A stretch of DNA of 64,000 nucleotides from Burkholderiales bacterium (lineage in GTDB: Bacteria; Pseudomonadota; Gammaproteobacteria; Burkholderiales; Burkholderiaceae_C), in NCBI GenBank assembly GCA_031386065.1, contig JANNBZ010000184.1:1155-65154 (forward strand). The letters are read 5' to 3'. The position numbers were made by a program, and so were the translations under genes. The notes beneath the pieces were generated by a model. It was not told the origin of the DNA. It did not search any database and was given only the letters and a program-made list of their open reading frames with translations. Positions 11,352 through 21,717 of the stretch are shown here, piece after piece; positions within the stretch are counted from its first letter, which is position 1; each line of letters starts with the position of its first letter.

Positions 11352-12329
11352 TCAGTCCACCACCACGCCCGACTGCTTGACGATGCGCCCCAGCCGCACC
11401 GATTCCGTCAGCACCAGGCTGCCGAACTGCTCGGGCGAGCCGCCGACGATGGGCGAGCCGATCTCTTCCCAGCGCTTTTTCACGGCCGGCTCGGTGAAGA
11501 TCGCATTCAGTGTTTCGTTCAGCCTCTTGACGATGGGCGCCGGCGTGCCCGCCGCCACCGAAATGCCGTGCCAGGCGGCGAAGTCGATGGCCACCCCCAG
11601 CTCCGCCATCGTCGGCACCTTGGGCAGCGCCGGGCTGCGCTGTGCGGTGGTCACCGCAATGGCGATCAGCTTGCCGGCGTTGATGTGCTGGATCGAGCTG
11701 CCGATGATGTCGAACATCACCGGCACCTGGCCGCCCAGCACGTCGTTCAGTGCCGGCCCGGCGCCTTTGTACGGCACGTGCTGCATCTTCACGCCGGTTT
11801 GTTTGTTGAAGATCTCGCCGGCCAGGTGCTGCGGCGTGCCGTTGCCGGCCGAGGCGAAGTTGTAGCCGGTGGGATTCGCCTTCAGCACCGCCAGAAACTC
11901 TTTCATCGAACGGGCCGGAAAGCCGGGATGAACTTCCAGCACCAGCGGAAAGGCCGAGATCTGGATCACCGGCGCCAGGTCTTTCACCGGGTTGTAGGGC
12001 AGGGCGGTGTACAGCGTGGGGTTCACCGACATCGGGCCGCTGGCGGCCAGCAGCAGCGTGTGGCCGTCGGGTGCCGATTTGGCGACGCCGTCGGTGCCCA
12101 GGTTGCCGCCGGCGCCGGCCCGGTTCTCGACGATCACCGGCACGCCCAGGCGCTGCTGCAGGCTGGGCGCGAGGATGCGCGCCATCAGGTCCGTCGGCCC
12201 GCCCGGCGGGTAGGGCACCACGAACTTGATCGGCTTGCCCGGTGTGGGGTAGGCATCGACCGCGAGGGCCGCCAGCGGTGTGCCGGCGGCGGCCACGGCG
12301 AAAGCGCAAAGCAGCAGGCGGTACAGCAT
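11352..12329 (-). CDS. Bug-family (TctC-like) tripartite tricarboxylate transporter substrate-binding protein
   Basis: Signal peptide MLYRLLLCAFAVAAAG, then PIKFVVPYPPGGPTDLMARI...ENRAGAGGNLG, typical of Bug proteins. ATG at 12329. Confidence 0.85.
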   Translation of the reverse strand: MLYRLLLCAFAVAAAGTPLAALAVDAYPTPGKPIKFVVPYPPGGPTDLMARILAPSLQQRLGVPVIVENRAGAGGNLGTDGVAKSAPDGHTLLLAASGPMSVNPTLYTALPYNPVKDLAPVIQISAFPLVLEVHPGFPARSMKEFLAVLKANPTGYNFASAGNGTPQHLAGEIFNKQTGVKMQHVPYKGAGPALNDVLGGQVPVMFDIIGSSIQHINAGKLIAIAVTTAQRSPALPKVPTMAELGVAIDFAAWHGISVAAGTPAPIVKRLNETLNAIFTEPAVKKRWEEIGSPIVGGSPEQFGSLVLTESVRLGRIVKQSGVVVD

Positions 12330-12601
12330 TGAAAACTCCGGTGAGCCCGAATCCATTCGCCGGGCGAGCATGAACGCGGGGCAGCAGCCCGCAAGCTCGA
12401 TTTTCACGTGAGCGCGGCGACCGTCCGGTACGCAATCGCCACATCCAGCGTCTGTCGCGCCGGTGCTTCGCCGACGCTGCGCCGACGCTTTGCCGGCCTG
12501 CGACCGGTTGAGTGGCGACGTGGATTTGATTTGGCGTAAGGTCAATGTCCGCCCGAAGGTGTCAACTTCGATTCGGCAATTCAATCTGCAAGGAGACAAG
12601 C

Positions 12602-13786
12602 ATGAGCAAGCGTGATGTGGTGGTTCTGGGCGCGGCCCGGTCGGCGATCGGCACCTTCGGTGGGGCGCTGGCCGACATCGAGCCCGCCGAACTGGCGGGC
12701 ACCGTGATGAAGGAAGCCGTCAAGCGTTCGGGCGTCGATCCGAAGGCGATCAACTACGTGACGGTGGGCAACACCATTCCCACCGACAGCCGCTTCGCCT
12801 ACGTGGCGCGGGTGGCGGCCATCCAGGCCGGTCTGCCGATGGATTCGGTGGCGATGTCGGTGAACCGGCTGTGCTCGTCGGGCCTGCAAGGCATCGTCAC
12901 GACGGCGCAGAACATCCTGCTCGGCGACTGTGACTACGGCGTCGGCGGCGGGGTCGAGGTGATGAGCCGAGGCGGCTATTTGTCCACCGCGATGCGCAGC
13001 GGCGCCCGCATGGGCGACAGCAAGATGATCGACACGATGGTGGCCACGCTGACCGACCCGTTCGGCGTCGGCCACATGGGCATCACGGCCGAAAACCTGG
13101 TCACCAAATGGGGCATCACGCGGGAAGAGCAGGACGCGCTGGCGGTCGAGTCGCACCGGCGTGCAGCAGCGGCGATTGCCGAAGGCCGCTTCAAGACGCA
13201 GATCGTCCCCATCGTCAAGCAAACGCGCAAGGGCGAAGTCACCTTCGACACCGACGAACACGTGAAAGCCGGCACCACGATGGAGACGCTGGCCAAGATG
13301 AAACCCGCCTTCAAGAAAGACGGCTCGGTGACCGCAGGCAACGCCTCGGGCATCAACGACGGCGCGGCCTTCTTCGTGCTGGCCGACGCGGCGGTGGCGG
13401 CTGCTGCCGGCCACAAACCGATGGCGCGGCTGGTGTCGTACGCGGTGGCCGGCGTGCCGAACGAGATCATGGGCGAAGGCCCGATCCCGGCCACCAAGCT
13501 GGCGCTGAAAAAGGGCGGCCTGACGCTCGACCAGATGGACGTGATCGAGAGCAACGAAGCCTTCGCCGCGCAAGCCATCGCGGTGGCGCGCGGGCTGGAG
13601 TTCGACCTGAAGAAGGTCAACCCGAACGGCGGCGCGATTGCACTCGGCCACCCCATCGGCTGCTCGGGCGCCTTCTTGGCCACCAAGGCGGTCTACGAAT
13701 TGCACCGCAGCGGCGGCCGCTATGCGCTGGTGACGATGTGCATCGGCGGCGGGCAGGGCATCGCGGCGGTGTTCGAGCGGCTTTGA
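12602..13786 (+). CDS. acetyl-CoA C-acyltransferase (thiolase)
   Basis: [10 protein letters not shown] (active Cys), [25 protein letters not shown] before ATG 12602. Confidence 0.9.
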   Translation: MSKRDVVVLGAARSAIGTFGGALADIEPAELAGTVMKEAVKRSGVDPKAINYVTVGNTIPTDSRFAYVARVAAIQAGLPMDSVAMSVNRLCSSGLQGIVTTAQNILLGDCDYGVGGGVEVMSRGGYLSTAMRSGARMGDSKMIDTMVATLTDPFGVGHMGITAENLVTKWGITREEQDALAVESHRRAAAAIAEGRFKTQIVPIVKQTRKGEVTFDTDEHVKAGTTMETLAKMKPAFKKDGSVTAGNASGINDGAAFFVLADAAVAAAAGHKPMARLVSYAVAGVPNEIMGEGPIPATKLALKKGGLTLDQMDVIESNEAFAAQAIAVARGLEFDLKKVNPNGGAIALGHPIGCSGAFLATKAVYELHRSGGRYALVTMCIGGGQGIAAVFERL

Positions 13787-14009
13787 GGGTGGAGGAGCCG
13801 ACCCCGACGATGGCGTCGCCGGCGCGCATGAAAACGATGTTCGTGGTCCGCCGTGCCAGGTCATCGCAGGAGTGGCAGGCCGGCGGCTGGCTGTTGAAAA
13901 CAGGCATCGTGGGTCGGCAGTACAGGCGTTGATTCGCGCGCGGCCGAGACGGCCCCGTTCTGCACACGGTCGATGCTTCACCGTATGCTGCGGGTCCGGA
14001 TTTTCAATC

Positions 14010-14034
14010 GGCCGGCGCGCCCGGCGCGCCGGCC
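14010..14034. promoter_or_regulatory. perfect 12-bp-arm GC palindrome (GGCCGGCGCGCC-C-GGCGCGCCGGCC) 20 nt upstream of the aldehyde dehydrogenase ATG
   Basis: Read directly from the sequence; the arms are exact reverse complements. Confidence 0.6.
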
Positions 14035-14054
14035 CCTCACCGCAAGGAAAAACC

Positions 14055-15488
14055 ATGTACTCAGACGTGCAACTCTTCATCGACGGCGAATGGTGCCAAG
14101 GCACCGGCGGCAAGAGCGAAGCCATCGTCAACCCTGCGACGGGGCAGGTGATCGCGCGTCTGGCGCACGCCGACCGCAGCGACCTCGACCGCGCGCTGGC
14201 TGCGGCCGACAAGGGCTTCAAGCAATGGCGTGCGGTGTCGGCCTTCGAGCGCTACAAGCTGCTGCGCAAGGCGGGCGAGTTGATCCGCAGCCGGGCTGGC
14301 GAGATTGCCGAACTGATGACGCTGGAACAGGGCAAGCCGCTGGCCGAGGCGAAGGCCGAGACGATGGCGGCCGGCGACATCATGGACTGGTTCGCCGAGG
14401 AAGCGCGCCGCACCTACGGCCGCGTGGTGCCGGCGCGTGCCGACGGCGTCAGCCAGTTGGTGATCAAGGAGCCGGTGGGTCCGGTGGCCGCGTTCACGCC
14501 GTGGAATTTCCCCATCAACCAGGCGGTGCGCAAGCTGTCGGCGGCGCTGGCGGCGGGTTGCTCGGTGATCCTGAAGGGGCCTGAAGAAACGCCGGCCAGT
14601 TGCGCGGCGCTGGTGCGCGTGTTCGCCGATGCCGGTGTGCCGGCGGGCGCCATCAACCTGGTGTTCGGCGTGCCGGCGGACATCTCGGCCTACCTGATTG
14701 CGCACCCGGTCATTCGCAAGATCACTTTCACCGGCTCCACCGCCGTGGGCAAGAAGCTGGCGGCGCTGGCCGGCGAGCACATGAAGCGGGTCACGATGGA
14801 ACTCGGCGGGCACGCGCCGGCCATCGTGTTCGGCGACGCCGATGTCGACAGCGCCGCGCGCATGTTGGCCGGCGCCAAGTTCCGCAACGCGGGCCAGGTG
14901 TGCGTGGCACCCACGCGCTTTCTGGTGCACGAGTCGGTCTACCCGCGCTTCGTCGACAGCTTTGTCGCAGCGGCGTCGGCCATCAAGGTCGGCAGTGGCA
15001 TGGACAAGGAGACCCGCATGGGCCCGCTCGCCAACAGCCGGCGTGTCGAGGCGATGGAGATGTTCGTGGCCGACGCAGTCGGCAAGGGCGCGAAGCTGTT
15101 GCTGGGCGGCAAGCGCATCGGCAGCGAGGGCTACTTTTTCGAGCCGACGGTGTTGACCGAGGTGCCGATGAGCGCGCGCATCATGCAGGAAGAACCGTTC
15201 GGACCGATCGCGCCGATCACGTCGTTCAAGGACTTCGACGAGGTGGTGGCCGAGGCGAACCGGCTGCCTTACGGGCTGGCCGCGTATGCGTTCACCAAGT
15301 CATTGAAAACCGCCTCGGCCATTGGCGCGGCGTTCGAGAGCGGCATGGTGTCGATCAACCATTTCGGGCTGGCCCTGCCCGAGGTGCCGTTCGGCGGCGT
15401 GAAGGATTCGGGCTACGGCTCCGAAGGCGGCACCGAAGCCATCGAGGCCTACCTGAACACCAAGTTCATCACGCAGGTGGGCTTGTAG
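14055..15488 (+). CDS. NAD(P)-dependent aldehyde dehydrogenase (succinate-semialdehyde-DH-like)
   Basis: [27 protein letters not shown] (catalytic Cys), EEPFGPI. Start at [13 protein letters not shown]. Confidence 0.9.
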   Translation: MYSDVQLFIDGEWCQGTGGKSEAIVNPATGQVIARLAHADRSDLDRALAAADKGFKQWRAVSAFERYKLLRKAGELIRSRAGEIAELMTLEQGKPLAEAKAETMAAGDIMDWFAEEARRTYGRVVPARADGVSQLVIKEPVGPVAAFTPWNFPINQAVRKLSAALAAGCSVILKGPEETPASCAALVRVFADAGVPAGAINLVFGVPADISAYLIAHPVIRKITFTGSTAVGKKLAALAGEHMKRVTMELGGHAPAIVFGDADVDSAARMLAGAKFRNAGQVCVAPTRFLVHESVYPRFVDSFVAAASAIKVGSGMDKETRMGPLANSRRVEAMEMFVADAVGKGAKLLLGGKRIGSEGYFFEPTVLTEVPMSARIMQEEPFGPIAPITSFKDFDEVVAEANRLPYGLAAYAFTKSLKTASAIGAAFESGMVSINHFGLALPEVPFGGVKDSGYGSEGGTEAIEAYLNTKFITQVGL

Positions 15489-16962
15489 CTTGACGTGAGC
15501 CAGCGGCGCGCACCACGGTGACGGTGCACGCCGACTCGGCCACCACGCGGGCCGAGACACTGCCCAGGTAGCGCCGCAGCACCGAGTTGCTGCGCGCGCC
15601 CATCACGATGTGGTCGACCTGGTTCTTGCGCGCGTAGTCGACGATGGCGGCGGCGGCGTCGGGCGCTTCGATCACGTGGAAGGTCACGCGCGCGTCCTGC
15701 TGCAACTTGCTCAGCGCCAGCGTGTTCACCACCGGCCGCGCCCAGTGCTTCAGTTGGACCAGCAGGTTCACGTGCTTGCTGCTGCCGTCTTTTTCCATCG
15801 GCACGTCGATGGCGATGCGCTGCGTCTTCATCACCGCCAGGCAGGCCAGCCGCGCGCCGGGCTCGGTTTGCAGCACGCGCTGCACGCTGGCGCGCACCGC
15901 GTCGAGCAGCGCAGCTTCGGAGCCGCCGATGTCCAGCGCCGCCAGCACGATGGGGTTGTCGCTGGCTGGCGATCCGCTGGGCGCGCCGCCGCGCGGCTCG
16001 GCACCGAGTGCGGCAAACCAGCGCCGCACCACGCGAAACAGGCCGCTGCGCTGCGAGCGCTCGGCGCGGGCGGTCAGCGTGACCTGTTCCGGGTGCTGCA
16101 GGTCGAACGCCAACTGCGCCGCGCTCTGGTGGCGCCGTTCGGGCTTCACGTCCAGGCAGCGCAGGATGATTTCCTGCAGCCACGGCGGACAGTCGGCGCG
16201 CAGCGCGCGCGGCGGAACCGGGTCGCGGTACAGCCGCTCGCGCAGCCCGCGCACGCTGGCGGGTGCGCCGAACGGACGTGCGCCGGTGGTCAGGTGGTAC
16301 AGCATGACGCCGAGCGCGAACAGGTCGCTGCGCGGATCGCTGCGAACGAACTGAATCTGCTCGGGCGACATGTAGGGGCTGGTGCCCATCGGCAGCTCGA
16401 ATTCTTCTTCCAGCAGGTCGGGCAGCTGGTCGTGGCGCGACAGGCCGAAGTCGATCAGCACCGCCTCGCCACGCTCACCGTCCAGACCTGCGCGGAACAG
16501 GATGTTGCTGGGCTTCACGTCGAGGTGAACCACATGCTGCCGGTGCAGGTCGTGCAGCGCGGTGGCGACTCGGTGGCCGATGTCCACCACCTCGGCAATG
16601 GCCAGCGGGGCGGCATCGAAGCGCGCCTTCAGCGACTCGCCGGGAATGCGCTCCATCACGATGTAGGGCTGTGCCGTGAAGTCGCCCTTGGCGACGAAGG
16701 CCGGCACGTGCGGGCCGGCGAGCATCGGCATGATCATCTGCTCGACCTCGAAGCCGACGATGGTGGTCGGGTCGTCGCCACCGCGCAGGCGCGGCACCTT
16801 CATGATCAGCGGACGCGCCTCAACGCTGTCGATGTGCGTGACGCGCCACAGGTTTGCCATGCCGCCCTGGTGGGTGCGCTCTTCCAGGCGAAACCCATCG
16901 ATGACCTGGCCGGCAGCCAACGGGCTTCTGGGCGTGCGGGCAGGCGATGGCTCAGACGCCAT
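15469..16962 (-). CDS. Ser/Thr protein kinase fused to a C-terminal universal stress protein (USP) domain
   Basis: Hanks kinase motifs ([25 protein letters not shown]). The C-terminal ~150 aa is USP-like ([21 protein letters not shown]...[19 protein letters not shown]). Confidence 0.85.
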   Translation of the reverse strand: MASEPSPARTPRSPLAAGQVIDGFRLEERTHQGGMANLWRVTHIDSVEARPLIMKVPRLRGGDDPTTIVGFEVEQMIMPMLAGPHVPAFVAKGDFTAQPYIVMERIPGESLKARFDAAPLAIAEVVDIGHRVATALHDLHRQHVVHLDVKPSNILFRAGLDGERGEAVLIDFGLSRHDQLPDLLEEEFELPMGTSPYMSPEQIQFVRSDPRSDLFALGVMLYHLTTGARPFGAPASVRGLRERLYRDPVPPRALRADCPPWLQEIILRCLDVKPERRHQSAAQLAFDLQHPEQVTLTARAERSQRSGLFRVVRRWFAALGAEPRGGAPSGSPASDNPIVLAALDIGGSEAALLDAVRASVQRVLQTEPGARLACLAVMKTQRIAIDVPMEKDGSSKHVNLLVQLKHWARPVVNTLALSKLQQDARVTFHVIEAPDAAAAIVDYARKNQVDHIVMGARSNSVLRRYLGSVSARVVAESACTVTVVRAAGSRQATSPPA

Positions 16963-16965
16963 CGC

Positions 16966-17709
16966 TCATGCACCATCACTCAGGCGTTCGGCGAGGCGCT
17001 CGGGCAGGCCGGCGGCGCGAATCTTCGCGCCCGCCGCGTCCACGTCATACGGAACGCGGTGGAAGGTGAGGGTGGCGCTGGCGGTGTCGAACATCGCGTA
17101 GCAGGCGGCGGGGTTGCCGTCGCGCGGCTGGCCGGCCGAGCCGGGAATGGCCAGCCACTGCCGCTGTGGCGACAGCGCGATCGGCACCTCGGGCACCGGC
17201 ACGAAATCGCCCGCCTTGCCGGTGGCCGACAAGTGGTACAGCGCCGGCTCGTGGACATGGCCGCAGAAGGTGTGGCGGCGCTCGGTGGCGAGCAGGCTGC
17301 GCACCGCGTCGAGCCGGCTCTGGATGTAGTGCCAGGCAGCCGGGGCAAAGGCGTTCGCGTGCACGAACAGGCAGTTGTCGCGCGCCACCGACAACGGCAG
17401 CGCGCCGAGGAAGGCGAGTTGCGAGGCGTCGAGCCGCTCGCGCGTCCAGTCGACCACCAGACGCGCCTGCTCGATCATGGTCGGCGATGGGCCGTTCACC
17501 ACCGCCGCGTCGTGGTTGCCCATCACCGCAATGGCACCTTGTGCGACGTGCTCACGCACCAGGTCGACCACCCAGGCCGGGTCGGCGCCGTACCCCACGA
17601 AGTCGCCGAGGAAGGCGTAGGCGGCGGCGTGCTGCGTGCGTGAATGCGCCATCACCGATTCCACCGCTTCGCGGTTGGCGTGCAGGTCGGTGATGAGGGC
17701 GAGTTTCAT
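16966..17709 (-). CDS. metallophosphoesterase (PPP-like phosphatase family)
   Basis: ITDLHAN, FLGDFVGYGADP, MGNHD, CGHVH motifs. Its stop lies 3 nt before the kinase ATG. Confidence 0.8.
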   Translation of the reverse strand: MKLALITDLHANREAVESVMAHSRTQHAAAYAFLGDFVGYGADPAWVVDLVREHVAQGAIAVMGNHDAAVVNGPSPTMIEQARLVVDWTRERLDASQLAFLGALPLSVARDNCLFVHANAFAPAAWHYIQSRLDAVRSLLATERRHTFCGHVHEPALYHLSATGKAGDFVPVPEVPIALSPQRQWLAIPGSAGQPRDGNPAACYAMFDTASATLTFHRVPYDVDAAGAKIRAAGLPERLAERLSDGA

Positions 17710-17749
17710 GATGAGCGCAGCAAAAAGTTCGCGACCCTCGAAGCTCGAA

Positions 17750-18712
17750 TCAACCGATGCGTCCCAGCAGCAGGTATTCCATCAACGCCTTCTGCACGTG
17801 CATGCGGTTCTCGGCTTCGTCCCACACCACCGACTGTGGGCCATCGATCACGTCGGCGCTGACTTCTTCGCCGCGGTGCGCTGGCAGGCAGTGCATGAAC
17901 AGTGCGTCGGGCTGCGCGACGGCCATCATCGAGGCGTCGACGCACCAGTCGGCGAAGGCCTTCATGCGCTTCTCGTTCTCGGCCTCGTAGCCCATGCTGG
18001 TCCACACGTCGGTGGTGACCAGGTGCGCACCCCGGCAGGCATCGAGTGGCTTCTTGAACACCTTCACGCAGTCGGTGTTGCTGACGCCGGCCACGGCCGC
18101 GTCGATCTCGTAGCCGCTGGGCGTGCTGACGTGCAGCGTGAAGCCCAGGATGTCGGCCGCCTGCAGCCAGGTGTTGGCCATGTTGTTGCCGTCGCCCACC
18201 CACGCGACGACCTTGCCCTTGAGACACTGGAGCGCATCGGCTGCGCCGCTGCTGGGCCCGCGCTGCTCGATGAAGGTGAACACGTCGGCCAAAATCTGGC
18301 ACGGGTGGTTTTCGTTCGTCAGGCCGTTGATCACCGGCACCCGCGAGTGCGCGGCGAAGGCATCGAGCTTGGTTTGTTCGTAGGTGCGGATCATCACCAG
18401 GTCGACCATGCGGCTGATCACGCGCGCGCTGTCTTCGATCGGTTCGGCGCGGCCGAGCTGGCTGTCGCCGGTGGTCAGGTTCACCACCGAGCCGCCCATC
18501 TGGTACATGCCGGCCTCGAAGCTGACGCGGGTTCGCGTGCTGGCTTTCTCGAAGATCATCGCCAGCGTGCGGTCAACCAGCGGCGTGTACTTCTCGTAGT
18601 TCTTGAAGCGCTGCTTGATGTTGCGCGCGCGCTCGAACAGGTAGGCGTATTCCTCGGCCCGAAAGTCCTTGAACTGCGTGTAGTGCTTGATGAGCTTGGG
18701 GCCGGGCTTCAT
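17750..18712 (-). CDS. argF: ornithine carbamoyltransferase
   Basis: STRTR, HPCQ, HCLPAHRGEEV motifs. ATG 18712 forms an ATGA overlap with the argD stop. Confidence 0.9.
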   Translation of the reverse strand: MKPGPKLIKHYTQFKDFRAEEYAYLFERARNIKQRFKNYEKYTPLVDRTLAMIFEKASTRTRVSFEAGMYQMGGSVVNLTTGDSQLGRAEPIEDSARVISRMVDLVMIRTYEQTKLDAFAAHSRVPVINGLTNENHPCQILADVFTFIEQRGPSSGAADALQCLKGKVVAWVGDGNNMANTWLQAADILGFTLHVSTPSGYEIDAAVAGVSNTDCVKVFKKPLDACRGAHLVTTDVWTSMGYEAENEKRMKAFADWCVDASMMAVAQPDALFMHCLPAHRGEEVSADVIDGPQSVVWDEAENRMHVQKALMEYLLLGRIG

Positions 18713-19935
18713 GGCGCGGTGGGAGTCGGCGAAGTCGCCAGCAAGTCCTTGATCAGTGGGCACAGAATCATTGCGATCTGCTCGGCCTCGGCGGGGCTGA
18801 GGATCAACGGCGGCACCAGTCGAATCACGCGCTCGGCCGTCACGCTGATGAACAAGCCGGCTTCGGCGGCACGGCCCAGCAGCTCGCCGCAGGGGCGGTT
18901 CAGCTCGATGCCTAGCATCAAACCCTGGCCGCGAATTTCGACCACGCCCGCCACGCCTGCCAGCTCGCGCGCCAGTGCGGCGCGCAGCACGGCACCGGTG
19001 CTGGCGGCGTTTTCGAGCAGCTTGTCTTCTTCGATGATGCGAAGCGTTTCGATGCCGGCGCGCATTGCCAGTGGGTTACCGCCGAAGGTGGTGCCGTGGT
19101 TGCCCGGCCCGAACACCAACGCCGCTTTCGGGCCGCAGACCACGGCGCCGATCGGCACGCCCGAGCCCAGGCCCTTGGCCAGCGGCATCACATCGGGCTG
19201 AATGCCGGCCCACTGGTGGGCGAACCACTTGCCGGTGCGGCCGATGCCGCACTGCACCTCGTCGAGCATCAGCAGCCAGCCCTGCTCGTCGCAGATGCGG
19301 CGCACCGCGCGCAGGTAGTCGGCCTTGGCCGGGTGGATGCCGCCTTCACCCTGGATCACTTCAAGGAACACCGCCACCACGTTCGGGTGCGTCTGCGCCA
19401 CTTCTTCGATCGCCGCCACGTCGTTCAGCGGGACCCGCACGAAGCCTTCGACCAACGGGCCGAAACCTTCCTGCACCTTCGGGTTGCCGGTGGCCGACAG
19501 GGTGGCGATCGAGCGGCCGTGGAAGGCTTTTTCGTAGACGATGATTTCCGGGCGATCGATTCCGTTGTCGTGGCCGTATTTGCGGGCGATCTTCAGCGCC
19601 GCTTCGTTGGCCTCCAGCCCGGTGCTGCAGAAGAAGACGTTGGTCAGCCCGGACAGCTCGCACAGCTTGGCGGCCAGCCGTTCCTGCATCGGCGCGGCGT
19701 AGTAGTTCGAGCTGTGGATCAAGCGGCCGATCTGCTCTTGCAGCGCAGGCACCAGCTTCGGGTGCGCGTGGCCCAGCGTGTTGACGGCGATGCCACCGAG
19801 CCCGTCGAGGTACTTCTTGCCGTCGGTGTCCCAGACCCAGCAGCCTCGGCCATGCGACAGTGCCATCGGCAGCCGGCCATAGGTGTGCATCACATGCGGT
19901 TCGAGGTCGGCGGGGATTTTTTCCGGGGCGTTCAT
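18709..19935 (-). CDS. argD: acetylornithine/succinylornithine-type class III aminotransferase
   Basis: Class III aminotransferase pattern (DEVQCGIGRTGKWFAHQ, GTTFGGNPLA). ATG 19935 has GGAG 8 nt upstream. Confidence 0.85.
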   Translation of the reverse strand: MNAPEKIPADLEPHVMHTYGRLPMALSHGRGCWVWDTDGKKYLDGLGGIAVNTLGHAHPKLVPALQEQIGRLIHSSNYYAAPMQERLAAKLCELSGLTNVFFCSTGLEANEAALKIARKYGHDNGIDRPEIIVYEKAFHGRSIATLSATGNPKVQEGFGPLVEGFVRVPLNDVAAIEEVAQTHPNVVAVFLEVIQGEGGIHPAKADYLRAVRRICDEQGWLLMLDEVQCGIGRTGKWFAHQWAGIQPDVMPLAKGLGSGVPIGAVVCGPKAALVFGPGNHGTTFGGNPLAMRAGIETLRIIEEDKLLENAASTGAVLRAALARELAGVAGVVEIRGQGLMLGIELNRPCGELLGRAAEAGLFISVTAERVIRLVPPLILSPAEAEQIAMILCPLIKDLLATSPTPTAP

Positions 19936-20164
19936 CACGGGCTCCAGCAAGGGTCACAGGGACCAGAAACGCAGGGCGTTCGGCCGTTTTTGCTGAGGGA
20001 ATTCTAAGGGTCGCCCCCGATGTGCCGAAAAGTCTGCGATGGGCGCTTTCGATCTCGGCATCACGCTTGCTGCACTGCAACAAAATGACGGCACAATACC
20101 GGCTGCCGGAAGGCATCTGTGGCCGGAGTCCTTGGCCTGGATTCCTAGGCGCGCCGCAGCGAGC

Positions 20165-20491
20165 ATGACCCCACCCAAACCCAGCGAACTGTTCATCCAG
20201 GGCATCACCTCGGACGGCAAGCCGTTTCGCCCCAGCGACTGGGCCGAGCGCCTGGCCGGCGCCATGTCGTGCTTTCGACCCGAAGGCTCGGCCAGCGGCA
20301 TCGCCTCGTTCATCGGCTATTCGCCTTACTGTGTGCCACGCGTCATCAACGGTGTGAAGTGCGTGATCGTCAACGAGAAGCTGCGCGACATCGAGCCAAT
20401 GGCCTGGGACTTCGTGATGAGCTTCGCCCGCGACAACCAGCTCCAGGTCGCCCAGGCCTGCCTGTTGCCTGACGCGGGCAAACCGAACTGA
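20165..20491 (+). CDS. DUF3579-like small conserved protein
   Basis: 108 aa from ATG 20165 (ELFIQGITSDGKPFRPSDWAERL...). Family assigned from memory only. Confidence 0.55.
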   Translation: MTPPKPSELFIQGITSDGKPFRPSDWAERLAGAMSCFRPEGSASGIASFIGYSPYCVPRVINGVKCVIVNEKLRDIEPMAWDFVMSFARDNQLQVAQACLLPDAGKPN

Positions 20492-20525
20492 ACGTGGTTG
20501 TGCGCCGGGCAAGAGCGCGCCCATG

Positions 20526-20552
20526 AAAAAGGCCCGCAGTGCGGGCCTTTGT
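20526..20552. terminator. bidirectional intrinsic terminator between the DUF3579 gene and rpsT
   Basis: AAAAA-GGCCCGC-agt-GCGGGCC-TTT: a 7-bp GC stem flanked by A and T tracts, between convergent genes. Confidence 0.65.
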
Positions 20553-20571
20553 TCTGGGCGGTGTGTGCGAC

Positions 20572-20880
20572 TCAGGCCGCGGCAGACGTTGCGAGCGCCT
20601 TGATCTTGGCCGACAGGCGGCTCTTGTGGCGAGCGGCCTTGTTCTTGTGGAACAGGCCCTTGTCGGCCACGGAGTCGATCACGCTTTGCGCGGTGGCGTA
20701 CAGCTCGGCGGCCTTGGCCTTGTCACCGGTCAGCACGGCTTTCTGCACGTTCTTGACGACGGTGCGGAACTTGGAACGAAGGGCGGTGTTGGCCGCGTTC
20801 AGCTTCACGTCTTGGCGCACGCGCTTAAGGCCCGATGCAATGCGGACTGTCTTTTTCTTGGCTTTAGCGGAGGTTGCCAT
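20572..20880 (-). CDS. rpsT: 30S ribosomal protein S20
   Basis: [40 protein letters not shown]... is unmistakably S20. Confidence 0.95.
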   Translation of the reverse strand: MATSAKAKKKTVRIASGLKRVRQDVKLNAANTALRSKFRTVVKNVQKAVLTGDKAKAAELYATAQSVIDSVADKGLFHKNKAARHKSRLSAKIKALATSAAA

Positions 20881-20914
20881 GCTGGTAGTAAGTTGAAATT
20901 TGTAGAAGTCGGCG

Positions 20915-20945
20915 AGTATAGCATTTGGCTGAAATCGGCTGCCAA
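20915..20945 (-). promoter_or_regulatory. candidate sigma70 promoter for rpsT (TTGGCA-19 nt-TATACT)
   Basis: Hexamers read on the minus strand about 35 nt upstream of the rpsT ATG. The 19-nt spacer is long. Confidence 0.3.
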
Positions 20946-21038
20946 CCCCAGGACGGGAAGAGCAAGAGCAAGCCGTCGATCTGTGCTGCGTTCACGGCGC
21001 GTGCCCGACTCTATGCAGATCGATTGGCAGAGGTCCTC

Positions 21039-21671
21039 CTAGCCCCGCCCTCTTCCTCGCGCCGCCGCACCGATGGCGAACAGGCCGGCCAGGACGAGCG
21101 CGTAGGTTGCCGGTTCCGGGACCATCGTTACGTCACATCCGCCGCCGCCATTACCGACAGCGACGCAGGCACCCGCGTAGTTCAACCGGAGCGACTCACC
21201 GTTTCGACCGACCACATTGCGTTGGAAGATCGAATCAGGCCCAAAGTCAAGATGCGTCACACCATTTGCAACAGCGGTGAAGGTGAGATCGAAGAGGAGG
21301 AACGGATCGTTCGTTTGTAGAGCGCTGAGGTCAGTATCGCTGGTTAGCAGTGAATAGATCACGACACCTCGATTACCCGAATCGAACGATGAATCCAACA
21401 CTCCATCAGTTCCTCCGAACTGCGTTTTCGATTCGAAAGAGACGATCCCTGCGGTACTCAGGATGGTTGAGTTGAACAAAACGTTCAGATCCAGCGCCGA
21501 GACAATCTCATTGATGGAATGCAGTCCGCTGATGCTTACACTAACCTTGACGGAATCTCCAACCGCGACGCTTTGCTGCGTTGGCGTCATGTAGAGAAGC
21601 GGCACAGCGAGAGACGCTCCCGGCAGCAGTGTAACGAGGGCTAGGCCGATAGTTGCCAAGAGCTTATTCAT
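21039..21671 (-). CDS. cohesin-like domain protein with PEP-CTERM sorting signal
   Basis: Signal peptide, then a cohesin-like opening (TPTQQSVAVGDSVKVSVSISGL...ALDLNVLFNSTIL...FDLTFTAVANGVTHLDF). C-terminus VPEPATYALVLAGLFAIGAAARGRGRG has the form PEP motif + TM + basic tail. Confidence 0.7.
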   Translation of the reverse strand: MNKLLATIGLALVTLLPGASLAVPLLYMTPTQQSVAVGDSVKVSVSISGLHSINEIVSALDLNVLFNSTILSTAGIVSFESKTQFGGTDGVLDSSFDSGNRGVVIYSLLTSDTDLSALQTNDPFLLFDLTFTAVANGVTHLDFGPDSIFQRNVVGRNGESLRLNYAGACVAVGNGGGGCDVTMVPEPATYALVLAGLFAIGAAARGRGRG

Positions 21672-21717
21672 AACGTTATCTCCGTGGTGAGATCAGAAAT
21701 TCGAAACCGCAACCGCT

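Noticed and set aside
12581-14221. 546-aa ORF on the minus strand
   Set aside because: It is antisense to the thiolase gene and the following spacer, with no motifs.
15610-17643. 677-aa ORF on the plus strand
   Set aside because: It is antisense to the kinase::USP and metallophosphoesterase genes, with no motifs and low complexity.
20030-20110. Near-palindrome TTGCTGCACTGCAACAA in the argD upstream region as an ArgR box
   Set aside because: It is a 17-bp imperfect palindrome with one mismatched pair. It does not match the ARG-box consensus I remember, so there is not enough support to call it.
20498-21042. 132-aa and 167-aa plus-strand ORFs around rpsT
   Set aside because: They are antisense to the clearly real S20 gene and have no features.
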